Assembly: GCA_037143495.1 (NCBI GenBank)
Contig: JBAWYO010000002.1
Coordinates: 1-35,774, forward strand
Direction: 5' to 3'
DNA: 35,774 nt
Source of the DNA: Candidatus Omnitrophota bacterium
Lineage (GTDB): Bacteria; Omnitrophota; Gorgyraeia; JABMQH01
Part shown: piece after piece, positions 1-8,256 of the stretch
Layout: every line of letters begins with the position of its first letter
Numbering within the stretch: the first letter of the stretch is position 1
The notes under the pieces: model-generated
Databases searched by the model: none
What the model was told of the DNA's origin: nothing
Seen by the model: only the letters and a program-made list of their open reading frames with translations
Program-made: the position numbers and the translations under genes

Positions 1-119
1 ATTATCATCTGAAAACTGGTTCGTCCTGCAGTAATACCGGTGATCCTGCCGCGCAGTATAACGATAAAGACGGCACACGCAACGATATGGGCGTGTACGG
101 CGGACCGAATTCGATGTAA
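1..119 (+). CDS. 3' end of a CDS cut by the window edge; C-terminus of a probable secreted beta-helix/repeat-type protein
   Basis: Frame 3 is open from the window edge to TAA 117-119: YHLKTGSSCSNTGDPAAQYNDKDGTRNDMGVYGGPNSM*. The GDP..D.DG..R...G.YGG pattern is common at C-termini of parallel beta-helix type proteins. Too short for the ORF track. Confidence 0.35.
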   Translation, partial: YHLKTGSSCSNTGDPAAQYNDKDGTRNDMGVYGGPNSM

Positions 120-158
120 GGAAGGCCTGACAGGTTCAGGGCGGGTGAGAGCGGGTTA

Positions 159-293
159 TTATTTCTGGATTCCCACGGCGCCGACACAGTGCAGATGCTG
201 ATGATGCGCGTTGGCGATACAGCAGATGGTGAGCGCCGATACGATAACCAGCCACATGATGAGCGTTACGCGCCACTTTTGTTGATGTGTCAT
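159..293 (-). CDS. possible 44-aa hydrophobic peptide
   Basis: ATG 293-291, TAA 161-159: MTHQQKWRVTLIMWLVIVSALTICCIANAHHQHLHCVGAVGIQK, with one hydrophobic helix. It starts 2 nt after the stop of the 295-540 gene. Below the ORF-track size cutoff. Confidence 0.25.
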   Translation of the reverse strand: MTHQQKWRVTLIMWLVIVSALTICCIANAHHQHLHCVGAVGIQK

Positions 294-294
294 C

Positions 295-540
295 TTACTT
301 TGTCCTTAGCGTCCTCAGGGCCCAAATAATAAAGCGTATCGAGAGGTACGCCGGGTAGAGGAGGATCGAGGTCGTGTTGATGATGTGGAGCAGATAAGCT
401 TTGTTGAAGAGGCTCGTCCCCGCGAGACACCCGTTGACGAGCGGCAGCGATACGAAGTCGATCGCCGGTATCAGGACCAGGCATCCGAAGAATATAAGAC
501 CTTCCCGCGCAATTATTTTCTTGATGGCTTTATCTATCAT
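295..540 (-). CDS. small membrane protein (81 aa), unknown function
   Basis: Internal ATG at 540 of ORF 295..708 gives MIDKAIKKIIAREGLIFFGCLVLIPAIDF... with 2-3 hydrophobic helices. The part upstream of 540 is an AT-rich promoter region, and a -10 box sits directly in front of this ATG. Confidence 0.45.
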   Translation of the reverse strand: MIDKAIKKIIAREGLIFFGCLVLIPAIDFVSLPLVNGCLAGTSLFNKAYLLHIINTTSILLYPAYLSIRFIIWALRTLRTK

Positions 541-546
541 AGTGAT

Positions 547-574
547 AGTATACCATATATCTTTAAAAAAACAA
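547..574 (-). promoter_or_regulatory. sigma70-like promoter with extended -10, abutting ATG 540
   Basis: Minus strand: TTGTTT (574-569), 16 nt, TGgTATACT (555-547), then 6 nt to ATG 540. No Shine-Dalgarno. Confidence 0.4.
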
Positions 575-580
575 AATAAC

Positions 581-608
581 TTGCAATACCTTTTCACGAT
601 GATATAAT
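581..608 (+). promoter_or_regulatory. sigma70-like promoter with extended -10, abutting ATG 617
   Basis: TTGCAA 581-586, 16-nt spacer, TGaTATAAT 600-608, 8 nt to ATG 617. No Shine-Dalgarno. Confidence 0.5.
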
Positions 609-616
609 AAACCCAG

Positions 617-1258
617 ATGAGCAAGATAGACGGAAACGTAAGCCTCACAAAACTCTCCGCGGAGCTTGATGTCTCTCCCGCCTGGATCAAGAAGATCGAA
701 AAATACATCGGTCTCGACTGGGGGAGCGGGCGGCGGGGGCGTAAAAGTTTTTACAGTCCCTACCAGGTCTATTTTTTCCGCAAGATACTCGTTCTGAAGG
801 CGCTCGGGTTTAACCTGCAGGAGATCAAGACGCTCTATGATAAAGAAGTGGAGATCGGGGAATTCGCCCGTTGCCATTTTAGCCTCGCCTTTATCGTCAA
901 GAGAGAGATCGAGGGATTGAGCGATGAAGAGAAACGGGAAGCGGCGGAGTTTGAGGAAGTGCAGCGGCGCAGCGAGACCGGCGCGATCGGCCACATCCTG
1001 CTCTACTTGAACGGCGACCTGTCAAACGAGCTGCTCGAGTATAACGCGGTTAAATATCAGCGATATAAGAGCGAGGAGCGCACGGAGGCAAAGCGATTTG
1101 AGCGATTGCTCGCGGAGCGCCAGGAACTCGCGAATAAATTTCTCACCTGGATACATAAGAACCTTAAAGCTATCACATCGGCGGTCGAGATTTTCGAGAC
1201 GGTTGCCCGGGGGGATGGCGTCAAGGTCGAGATCGTCGTAAAAAAATGGGATGAGTAA
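617..1258 (+). CDS. MerR-like HTH protein with coiled-coil C-terminal half
   Basis: N-terminus LTKLSAELDVSPAWIKKIEKYIGL...GRKSFYSPYQVYFFRKILVLKALGFNLQEIKTLY fits the MerR HTH plus wing pattern. The remainder is charged and helical. Confidence 0.55.
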   Translation: MSKIDGNVSLTKLSAELDVSPAWIKKIEKYIGLDWGSGRRGRKSFYSPYQVYFFRKILVLKALGFNLQEIKTLYDKEVEIGEFARCHFSLAFIVKREIEGLSDEEKREAAEFEEVQRRSETGAIGHILLYLNGDLSNELLEYNAVKYQRYKSEERTEAKRFERLLAERQELANKFLTWIHKNLKAITSAVEIFETVARGDGVKVEIVVKKWDE

Positions 1259-2423
1259 CATGATCGGGATGCGGAGAGCTGTACCGGCGGCGGCATTCTT
1301 CTTTTTTTTTCTATGCGCGTCAGCTGTCTTCGGGATGACGGTCAAAGGCAGTGAGAAGACGCTCGATATCGCGTCGTACCGTGTGGCGGGGATCGATTAT
1401 CTGCCGCTGCCGCTGCTCTGTGACGCCTATGGTATCCGCTGGGAGTGGGACGCGGTCTCCCGGATCGCCGCGCTGAGCAGGGGTGGTTCGGTCGTGCGGC
1501 TCAAGGTCGACGATTCCCGGGTTTTTATCAATGGGACGGTCAGGAATGAAGGTGCTCCGGTCATTGTTCATAACGGCGCTGTTTGCGTGCCCGACACTTT
1601 TTTACAGACGGTTTTGAGCGGTTTTTCCCCCGTCCAGAAAGTGAACGTTCCCACGGCCGCGCTCCATCCGAACGCGAGTTCTTCCACGGCAGCGCTTCCG
1701 GAAGAAATGGTTTGCCCGATCCCGGTGAATCCGGCTTTTTGCATCAGAAAGATCGTGCTCGACGCCGGCCATGGCGGTTATGATCCGGGCGCGCTCGGCA
1801 GGCGGGGGCTCAGGGAAAAAAATATCGTGCTCGATATTGTGCGTAGCATCAGCGCGCAGCTTGCGGCCGCGGGGATCGAGGTGGTGCTCACCCGGGAGAA
1901 CGATACCTTTGTACCGCTCTGGTCCCGCACCCAGATAGCGAATAACTCGGGCGCTGATCTCTTTGTCAGTATACACGCCAACGCGTCGATCACCCGGCGG
2001 CTTAAAGGGTTTGAGGTCTATTATCTTTCGGAGGCGCTCGACGACGACGCGCGGGCGGTCGCCGCGGCGGAGAATTACACGGTCAGGATAAAAGAAGGAG
2101 CGATCTTAAGTCATACCTATGTGCTCGATACGATCCTGTGGGATCTCGAACTGACGGAGAACAGGCGGGAGGCGATCGAGCTGGCGAAAAGTATCCTCGG
2201 CGAGGTCGACTCGAGCGCGGAACGCCTTAAATGCGCCCGTTTCTATGTCCTGAAGGGCGCGATGATGCCGGCGGTGCTGGTCGAAGTCGGCTATATTACC
2301 AACCTGATCGATAGCAATCACTTGAACGAAAAGGAATACCGGGACCGGATCGCCGGGCAGATCACTCAGGGGATCTTCAATTACAAGAAGAAGTTTGAGA
2401 GTACTAACGGGTTCAGCAGCTAA
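1251..2423 (+). CDS. N-acetylmuramoyl-L-alanine amidase (Amidase_3, AmiA/B/C type) with signal peptide and N-terminal extra domain
   Basis: LDAGHGGYDPGA, FVSIHANA and AVLVEVGYITN are the Zn-amidase_3 motifs. Hydrophobic N-terminus. ATG overlaps the upstream stop by 8 nt. Confidence 0.9.
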   Translation: MSNMIGMRRAVPAAAFFFFFLCASAVFGMTVKGSEKTLDIASYRVAGIDYLPLPLLCDAYGIRWEWDAVSRIAALSRGGSVVRLKVDDSRVFINGTVRNEGAPVIVHNGAVCVPDTFLQTVLSGFSPVQKVNVPTAALHPNASSSTAALPEEMVCPIPVNPAFCIRKIVLDAGHGGYDPGALGRRGLREKNIVLDIVRSISAQLAAAGIEVVLTRENDTFVPLWSRTQIANNSGADLFVSIHANASITRRLKGFEVYYLSEALDDDARAVAAAENYTVRIKEGAILSHTYVLDTILWDLELTENRREAIELAKSILGEVDSSAERLKCARFYVLKGAMMPAVLVEVGYITNLIDSNHLNEKEYRDRIAGQITQGIFNYKKKFESTNGFSS

Positions 2424-2436
2424 GGAAGGGCTCTAC

Positions 2437-3237
2437 ATGGAACGGCCGATCGGGGTATTTGATTCGGGTATCGGGGGGTTGACTGTGGCGCGGGAGATTA
2501 TGCGGCGCCTGCCTCACGAGGAGATCGTCTATTTCGGGGATACCGCGCGTGTTCCGTACGGAACAAAATCGCCGGATACGGTCATTAAGTTCTCGATCGA
2601 AAACACGCTCTTTCTTTTGCGATTCAAAGTTAAAATGATCGTGATCGCCTGCAATACGTCCACGAGCTACAGTATTGAGCTGCTTAAGGGCAATTTTAAG
2701 GTCCCGGTCCTGGGGGTTATTAACCCGGGCGCGGAGCTGGCGACGAAGGTTACGCGCAACCGCCGTGTCGGCGTTATCGGGACCGCCGCGACGATCACCA
2801 GCGGCGCCTATGAGCGCCAGATACGAACGATCGATCCTTCGGTCAAGGTTTTCAGCCAGGCGTGCCCGCTCTTCGTCTCGCTCGTCGAGGAAGGATGGCT
2901 CAGGGAGAAGGTGACCTACGAGATCGCGCAGCGTTATCTTAAGCCGTTGCGCGCCAAAGGCATCGATACGCTGATCTTGGGATGCACGCACTACCCGCTC
3001 TTAAAAGAAGTGATCGCGAGCGTGATGGGAAGATCGGTGACACTCGTTGACAGCGCGCATCAGGTCGCCGCTCACGCCAAAGAAGTGCTGGCATGGGAGA
3101 ACCTGCTTGCGGCCGGCAAGCGCATCCCCCGCCACCGGTTCTATGTCAGCGACGAATCAAAGAGATCGACCGAGATCGCGCGGCGTTTTCTGGGAAGGCC
3201 GATCAGGCTGGTCAAGGCGGAGCACACCTATGTATGA
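2437..3237 (+). CDS. murI: glutamate racemase
   Basis: IGVFDSGIGGLTV, IVIACNTST and LILGCTHYP motifs. Start moved to ATG 2437 (MERPIGVFDSG), which has AAGGAAGGG 7 nt upstream. The 2395 start in the track overlaps the amidase. Confidence 0.9.
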   Translation: MERPIGVFDSGIGGLTVAREIMRRLPHEEIVYFGDTARVPYGTKSPDTVIKFSIENTLFLLRFKVKMIVIACNTSTSYSIELLKGNFKVPVLGVINPGAELATKVTRNRRVGVIGTAATITSGAYERQIRTIDPSVKVFSQACPLFVSLVEEGWLREKVTYEIAQRYLKPLRAKGIDTLILGCTHYPLLKEVIASVMGRSVTLVDSAHQVAAHAKEVLAWENLLAAGKRIPRHRFYVSDESKRSTEIARRFLGRPIRLVKAEHTYV

Positions 3238-3601
3238 GATCAAGGTTCTCGCGGAGTTCAGTTCCGCGCACCACCTGCGCCATTATCAGGGCAAATGCGA
3301 GAACGTACACGGCCATAACTGGAAGATCGAGGTTTCGGTCGCCGCGAGTGCCCTCAACCGGCAGGGACTCGTTATTGACTTTCATGACCTGAAAAAATAC
3401 GTGAATGGTGTGCTCGATGAGCTTGACCACCGAAATCTGAACGATCTCGCTTATTTTAAAAAAGTAAATCCGACGTCGGAGAATATCGCCAAGTATATCC
3501 ACGACCGGTTACGCGGCTTAAAGGCAGCGGCTTTACAGCGCCGGCTGAAAGTGACGGTCTGGGAGAGCGATCGCGCCTGCGCGACCTATTCCCGGGCGTG
3601 A
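3230..3601 (+). CDS. queD: 6-carboxy-5,6,7,8-tetrahydropterin synthase
   Basis: MYEIKVLAEFSSAHHLRHYQGKCENVHGHNWKIEV is a typical QueD/PTPS His/Cys motif set. ATG 3230 overlaps the murI stop by 8 nt. The longer 3047 start is a shadow over murI. Confidence 0.9.
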   Translation: MYEIKVLAEFSSAHHLRHYQGKCENVHGHNWKIEVSVAASALNRQGLVIDFHDLKKYVNGVLDELDHRNLNDLAYFKKVNPTSENIAKYIHDRLRGLKAAALQRRLKVTVWESDRACATYSRA

Positions 3602-3637
3602 GGCGGTTGACGGCGAAGAAACGGAGCCGCAGCAGCT

Positions 3638-4342
3638 ATGAATAAGGCGATCGTACTTCTTTCGGGCGGACTTGATTCGGCGACCGTTCTCTATTATGCC
3701 AGGTCCCGGGGATACCAATGTTCCTGCCTGATCTTCGATTACGGGCAGCGTCACCGCCGGGAGATACGTTCCGCGCAGGCGTTGGCGCGTCGCGCGCGGT
3801 GCGAACAGCGGGTTGTTAAGATCTCGTTCCCCTTGAAGGGGTCGTCCCTCCTGAATACGCGAGCAAAGATCCCCGAAAATTGCGGTACCGCAGCCTGGCG
3901 TCGGCGCGCGGCAATACCGTCTACCTATGTCCCGGCCAGGAACATCATATTTTTAAGTTTTGCGCTCTCATATGCCGAGACCGCCGGGGCCGGAAGTGTT
4001 TTTATCGGCGCGAACGCGGTTGATTATTCCGGGTATCCCGATTGCCGGCCTGAATTTTTCAGGGCTTTCGAACGGGTAATAAGGACCGGGACGAAGGCAG
4101 GGATCACCCGCGGCTATCGGAACAAGATAAAAATAGAGACGCCGCTGATAGATAAGAGTAAAAAAGAGATAGTAGCGCTTGCAATGAAACTCAAGGTGCC
4201 GCTGGAGATGACGTGGTCCTGCTATCAGGGGGGATCGAAAGCCTGCGGCGTTTGTGATTCGTGTGTTTTGCGGGCAAAGGGGTTTTGTGAAGCGGGTTAC
4301 CCTGATCCGGCGGTGAAGAATGGCCAGCGCAAAGATCACTGA
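3638..4342 (+). CDS. queC: 7-cyano-7-deazaguanine (preQ0) synthase
   Basis: N-terminal VLLSGGLDS PP-loop and C-terminal Zn cluster WSCYQGG..CGVCDSCVLR. Confidence 0.9.
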   Translation: MNKAIVLLSGGLDSATVLYYARSRGYQCSCLIFDYGQRHRREIRSAQALARRARCEQRVVKISFPLKGSSLLNTRAKIPENCGTAAWRRRAAIPSTYVPARNIIFLSFALSYAETAGAGSVFIGANAVDYSGYPDCRPEFFRAFERVIRTGTKAGITRGYRNKIKIETPLIDKSKKEIVALAMKLKVPLEMTWSCYQGGSKACGVCDSCVLRAKGFCEAGYPDPAVKNGQRKDH

Positions 4343-5009
4343 AATATTTTCGTCGATACAGGGCGAAGGCCTCTATGTGGGGGAGCCGCAGATATTTGTG
4401 CGTTTCTCCGGTTGCAACCTGGATTGCGCTTTTTGCGATACGGTCAAGAAGGGCGGAAAAGAACACGGCGTTGTTGAGATCCTGAACGCGGTTGATCTGC
4501 TCAGCGGGGCCGACGCGGCCAGGACCGTCGTGCTGACCGGCGGGGAACCGCTCCTGGCGGTAGATTTTCTACGGCAGTTGCTGCCGCAGCTGAAAAAACG
4601 CCATTACCGGATCTACCTCGAAACCAACGGTATGCTGCCGGGAAATCTGGAAAAGGTGTTGGCGATGGTGGATATTATCGCGATGGACATCAAACTACCG
4701 AGCGCGCAGCGCGGGAAGGGATTTTGGACGCTTCATCGCGCCTTTCTTAATCTCGCCAAGAGCAGAAAAGTTTTCGTCAAAGTGGTGGTGACCGACGCGA
4801 CCACCGAGGATGAGATCGGCAAGGCGAGCGCGTTGATCAACGATATTGATTTCAGGATACCGCTTGTCCTTCAGCCGGTCACGCCGGCCAACCGGATACG
4901 CAAAAAAGTACCGGCTGCCAGGCTCCTGCGATTCCAGTCGGCAGCGAAGAAAATTCTTCACGATGTCAGGATCATTCCACAGGTGCATAAACAGCTGGGG
5001 ATGAGATAA
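4320..5009 (+). CDS. queE: 7-carboxy-7-deazaguanine synthase (radical SAM)
   Basis: EIFSSIQGEGLYVGEPQIFVRFSGCNLDCAFCDT is the QueE N-terminal signature with a CxxxCxxC-type cluster. Overlaps queC by 23 nt. Confidence 0.85.
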   Translation: MASAKITEIFSSIQGEGLYVGEPQIFVRFSGCNLDCAFCDTVKKGGKEHGVVEILNAVDLLSGADAARTVVLTGGEPLLAVDFLRQLLPQLKKRHYRIYLETNGMLPGNLEKVLAMVDIIAMDIKLPSAQRGKGFWTLHRAFLNLAKSRKVFVKVVVTDATTEDEIGKASALINDIDFRIPLVLQPVTPANRIRKKVPAARLLRFQSAAKKILHDVRIIPQVHKQLGMR

Positions 5010-5061
5010 AAAATCAAGGACCAAGGACCAAAGATAAAGAGACTAAAGCGAAAGAGCGAAA

Positions 5062-5469
5062 ATGAAAAATAAAAAAACGGAAATAGCGAAGTCCTATGAG
5101 GGGTTACAGGAAAATATACGGCAATTGCGGACGCCCGCGATCGAGGTCTGGGAGAATAAATATCCCGAAAAAGAATATCTTATTACGATGGTGACCCCGG
5201 AATTTACCTGTATCTGCCCTAAGACCGGCTTGCCGGATTTCGCGTCGCTGACGATAGAATACAGCCCCGCCCGCTGGTGCGTGGAATTAAAAGCGTTCAA
5301 GGAGTATCTCCTCTTCTACCGCGGCGTCGGCATTTTTCATGAACACGTGACCAACAGGATCCTTGAAGATTTTGTCAAGGCCTGCAACCCCCGATCGGCG
5401 AGCGTGACCGGTACTTTTAATACGAGGGGCGGGATCGCGACGTCGGTGAAGGCTATTTATAAAAAGTAA
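5062..5469 (+). CDS. queF: NADPH-dependent 7-cyano-7-deazaguanine reductase (type I)
   Basis: EFTCICPKTGLPDFASLTIEY and FKEYLLFYRGVGIFHE are QueF motifs. Confidence 0.9.
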   Translation: MKNKKTEIAKSYEGLQENIRQLRTPAIEVWENKYPEKEYLITMVTPEFTCICPKTGLPDFASLTIEYSPARWCVELKAFKEYLLFYRGVGIFHEHVTNRILEDFVKACNPRSASVTGTFNTRGGIATSVKAIYKK

Positions 5470-5472
5470 ACC

Positions 5473-6324
5473 ATGAGAAACCTGAGCGCCCAAAAGATCA
5501 GTGAAACGGTACGTGACCTCTGCATCGAGGCTAATACTGTCCTGCGCGGCGATGTGCTTGAGGCGCTTACCAGAGCGGCGCGGCGTGAACGAAGTACGAA
5601 AGCCAGAGGCATCCTGAAGATCCTTATCGAGAACGCGGCGGCGGCACGCCGGCAGCGGCTCGCGATCTGCCAGGATACCGGTGTCGCCTGTGTCTACGCC
5701 GAGATAGGGCAAGATGTCCATATTGCCGGCGGCGATCTCGAGAAAGCCATCAACGAAGGTGTGCGGCTCGGGTATCGGCAGGGGTATTTCAGGGATTCGA
5801 TCGTAGATCCGCTGACCAGAAAGAATACCGGGGATAACACCCCGGCGGTTATCCACACCCGGATCGCTGCGGGGGGGAAGGTACGGCTGACGGTGATCCC
5901 GAAGGGGTTCGGTTGCGAAAATAAAAATCAGGTCAAGATGTTCAGGCCTACCGCCGCGCGCGGCGAGGTCATTGATTTTATCGTTGAGGTGGTCAGGGTC
6001 GCGGGTCCTGACGCGTGCCCGCCGTTTGTTATCGGGGTCGGGATCGGCGGGACGATGGAAAAAGCGGTTGAATTAAGCAAGGAAGCGCTGCTGAAGAAGG
6101 TCACCGGTCAAAAACAAAAGAATAAATCTGTTAACCAGATGCGGTTATTAGAAAAAGAGCTGCTGCGCAGGATCAACAAGCTCGGTATCGGACCCTCGGG
6201 CCTGGGCGGGGAGACCACCGCGCTTGCGGTCAACGTCCTGACCCATCCGACGCATATCGCCGGGTTACCGGTGGCGGTCAGTATCGGTTGTCACGCGATG
6301 AGAAGCGCAACAAAGGTGCTATAG
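5473..6324 (+). CDS. Fe-S class I fumarate hydratase / L(+)-tartrate dehydratase, alpha subunit
   Basis: LAICQDTGV motif and overall match to the Fe-S hydro-lyase alpha domain. 3 nt after the queF stop. Confidence 0.85.
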   Translation: MRNLSAQKISETVRDLCIEANTVLRGDVLEALTRAARRERSTKARGILKILIENAAAARRQRLAICQDTGVACVYAEIGQDVHIAGGDLEKAINEGVRLGYRQGYFRDSIVDPLTRKNTGDNTPAVIHTRIAAGGKVRLTVIPKGFGCENKNQVKMFRPTAARGEVIDFIVEVVRVAGPDACPPFVIGVGIGGTMEKAVELSKEALLKKVTGQKQKNKSVNQMRLLEKELLRRINKLGIGPSGLGGETTALAVNVLTHPTHIAGLPVAVSIGCHAMRSATKVL

Positions 6325-6328
6325 ACAC

Positions 6329-6892
6329 ATGGGTCACCAGTCAATGGTTACCAGACACCAGGCAGAGAAAATAAAAAAAATCCAGCTGCCGTTGACAGCC
6401 GATACGGCCAGATCGCTGCGCGCAGGCGATGAAGTGCTTCTCTCGGGCACGATATATACCGCCCGCGACCAGGCGCATCAAAGAATGGTCAGGTTGCTCG
6501 ACGAAGGCAAATCGCTTCCGGTCGATCTGCGCGGCGCGGTTATCTATTATTGCGGGCCGACGAAGACAAAACCCGGGAGCGTTATCGGTTCCTGCGGGCC
6601 GACGACGAGTTCACGCATGGATCCCTTTGCGGTCAGGCTTCTGGAAGAAGGCGTGCGGGGGATGATCGGCAAAGGCGGCCGTTCCGCCGAAGTCCTGCGC
6701 GCCGTGAAAAAAAATACGGCGGTTTATTTTGCGGCGACGGGAGGAGCGGGCGCGTACCTTTCGCAGCGGGTCATGAAGGCGCGCCTGGTAGCATTTCGCG
6801 ATCTCGGAACGGAGGCGATCTACGAGCTCACCGTAAAAGATTTTCCGGTGGTGGTGGCCGGAGATGTCCGGGGGAAGAGTGTATATCGGTAA
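6329..6892 (+). CDS. Fe-S class I fumarate hydratase / tartrate dehydratase, beta subunit
   Basis: LSGTIYTARDQAHQRM, YYCGPT and GPTTSSRMD motifs. The first ~11 codons lie in a dispersed repeat, so the true start may be ATG 6344. Confidence 0.85.
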   Translation: MGHQSMVTRHQAEKIKKIQLPLTADTARSLRAGDEVLLSGTIYTARDQAHQRMVRLLDEGKSLPVDLRGAVIYYCGPTKTKPGSVIGSCGPTTSSRMDPFAVRLLEEGVRGMIGKGGRSAEVLRAVKKNTAVYFAATGGAGAYLSQRVMKARLVAFRDLGTEAIYELTVKDFPVVVAGDVRGKSVYR

Positions 6893-6907
6893 CATGAAAG
6901 GTTCTCT

Positions 6908-7639
6908 ATGAAACGTCAGGACGGGCGCGATGCCCATGAATTAAGAAAGATCAAGATCACCCGGGAGTATCTGCAATATCCCGAAGGTTCATGTCTCGTT
7001 GAGTTCGGAGCTACCAAGGTCATCTGCACCGTTTCCGTCGAGGAAGGGGTTCCGCCGTTCCTGCGGGGCAAGAACGAAGGTTGGATCACTTCGGAATACG
7101 GGATGTTGCCGCGTTCCTGCAAAAGCAGGGTTCCCCGGGAATCGTCAAAAGGCAAGATCGGCGGCCGGACCCATGAGATACAGCGATTGATCGGCAGGTC
7201 ACTGCGTTCCGTTACCGATCTTTCCCGGTTAGGTGAACGGACACTCTGGGTTGATTGTGATGTTATCCAGGCGGACGGCGGTACCAGGACCGCTTCGATC
7301 ACCGGGGCCTTTGTCGCGCTGGTCGATGCGTTGGAAAAACTCCGGTCGCGGAAGCTGATCGATGCGTTGCCGGTAAGCGATCTTGTCGCGGCGGTCAGCG
7401 TCGGCATCGTTGATGGCCGGATGCTCCTTGACCTGGCGTATACGGAGGATTCAAGCGCGCAGGTCGATATGAACCTTGTCATGACCGGTGCCGGGAAGAT
7501 CATCGAGATCCAGGGGACCGCCGAAGGCGATCCGTTCTCGGAGGCTGAGCTGGGCAAGCTGTTGCGTCTGGCAAAGACGGGCATTAAAGAGCTCATTGCG
7601 ATACAAAAACGCGCGCTCGGGAAGATCGAAGGTTTATGA
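6908..7639 (+). CDS. rph: ribonuclease PH
   Basis: [57 protein letters not shown] and [19 protein letters not shown]. Confidence 0.92.
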   Translation: MKRQDGRDAHELRKIKITREYLQYPEGSCLVEFGATKVICTVSVEEGVPPFLRGKNEGWITSEYGMLPRSCKSRVPRESSKGKIGGRTHEIQRLIGRSLRSVTDLSRLGERTLWVDCDVIQADGGTRTASITGAFVALVDALEKLRSRKLIDALPVSDLVAAVSVGIVDGRMLLDLAYTEDSSAQVDMNLVMTGAGKIIEIQGTAEGDPFSEAELGKLLRLAKTGIKELIAIQKRALGKIEGL

Positions 7640-8256
7640 ACGCGCCCTCCCTCTCAAGGTTACCGCGGCGACTTCTGATCGCGACGACCAACCGGAAGAA
7701 AAAGGAAGAGCTCGCGGCGCTTTTAAAAGGGCTCGCGATCGAGATCCTGACTCTTGACGACCTGGCGTACGTGCCGCGGGTACACGAGGACCAGGATACG
7801 TTCGAAGGGAATGCCGTCAAAAAGGCGGTCACGATATCGCGCCGCACGGGCGAAGTTACCCTGGCCGATGATTCAGGGCTCGAGGTTGAGGCGCTCGGAG
7901 GAAGTCCCGGCGTTTATTCCGCGCGCTTTGCCGGCCGCGCCAAGAGCGATGAAGCCAATATCAGAAAACTTTTGCGGTTGCTGGACGGGATGCCTCGCGA
8001 AAAAAGAAAGGCGCGCTTTGTCTGCGCGCTTGCGCTCGCGAGGGATGGCAAGGTCGAGCGGGTATTCACCGGGAAGGTGAGCGGGTATATCGGCCGCGAA
8101 AAACGGGGTACCGGCGGTTTCGGGTACGACCCGGTTTTTTATTATCCGCCGTTTAAAATGACCTTTGCCCAGATCGAGCAAAAACGCAAGAACAGCATTT
8201 CCCACCGCTCCCGGGCGCTCAGGAAGCTGGCAGGATCTTTCCGAAAAGAACGCTGA
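7636..8256 (+). CDS. rdgB: dITP/XTP pyrophosphatase (RdgB/HAM1 family)
   Basis: [43 protein letters not shown] and [14 protein letters not shown] overlap with the rph stop. Confidence 0.9.
   Translation: MNAPSLSRLPRRLLIATTNRKKKEELAALLKGLAIEILTLDDLAYVPRVHEDQDTFEGNAVKKAVTISRRTGEVTLADDSGLEVEALGGSPGVYSARFAGRAKSDEANIRKLLRLLDGMPREKRKARFVCALALARDGKVERVFTGKVSGYIGREKRGTGGFGYDPVFYYPPFKMTFAQIEQKRKNSISHRSRALRKLAGSFRKER

Noticed and set aside
1302-1310. T9 homopolymer in the amidase gene as a phase-variation switch
   Set aside because: It encodes the FFFFF stretch of the signal-peptide hydrophobic core in a housekeeping operon. Poly-T tracts of this kind are a plausible composition effect, and no alternative frame or start gives a meaningful product.
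2395-3229. Longer N-terminal extensions in the ORF track for murI (2395) and queD (3047), and likewise 16259, 17548, 18731, 26814 and 32787
   Set aside because: The extensions overlap the preceding genes or promoters and precede internal starts that have proper SD spacing and align with the family N-termini.
5010-5061. preQ1 riboswitch in the purine-rich queE-queF spacer (AAGGACCAAGGACCAAAG...)
   Set aside because: No complementary segment exists to form the P1/P2 hairpin, and there is no C-rich loop plus A-rich tail arrangement. It looks like a purine-rich spacer or SD region with a short tandem AAGGACC duplication.
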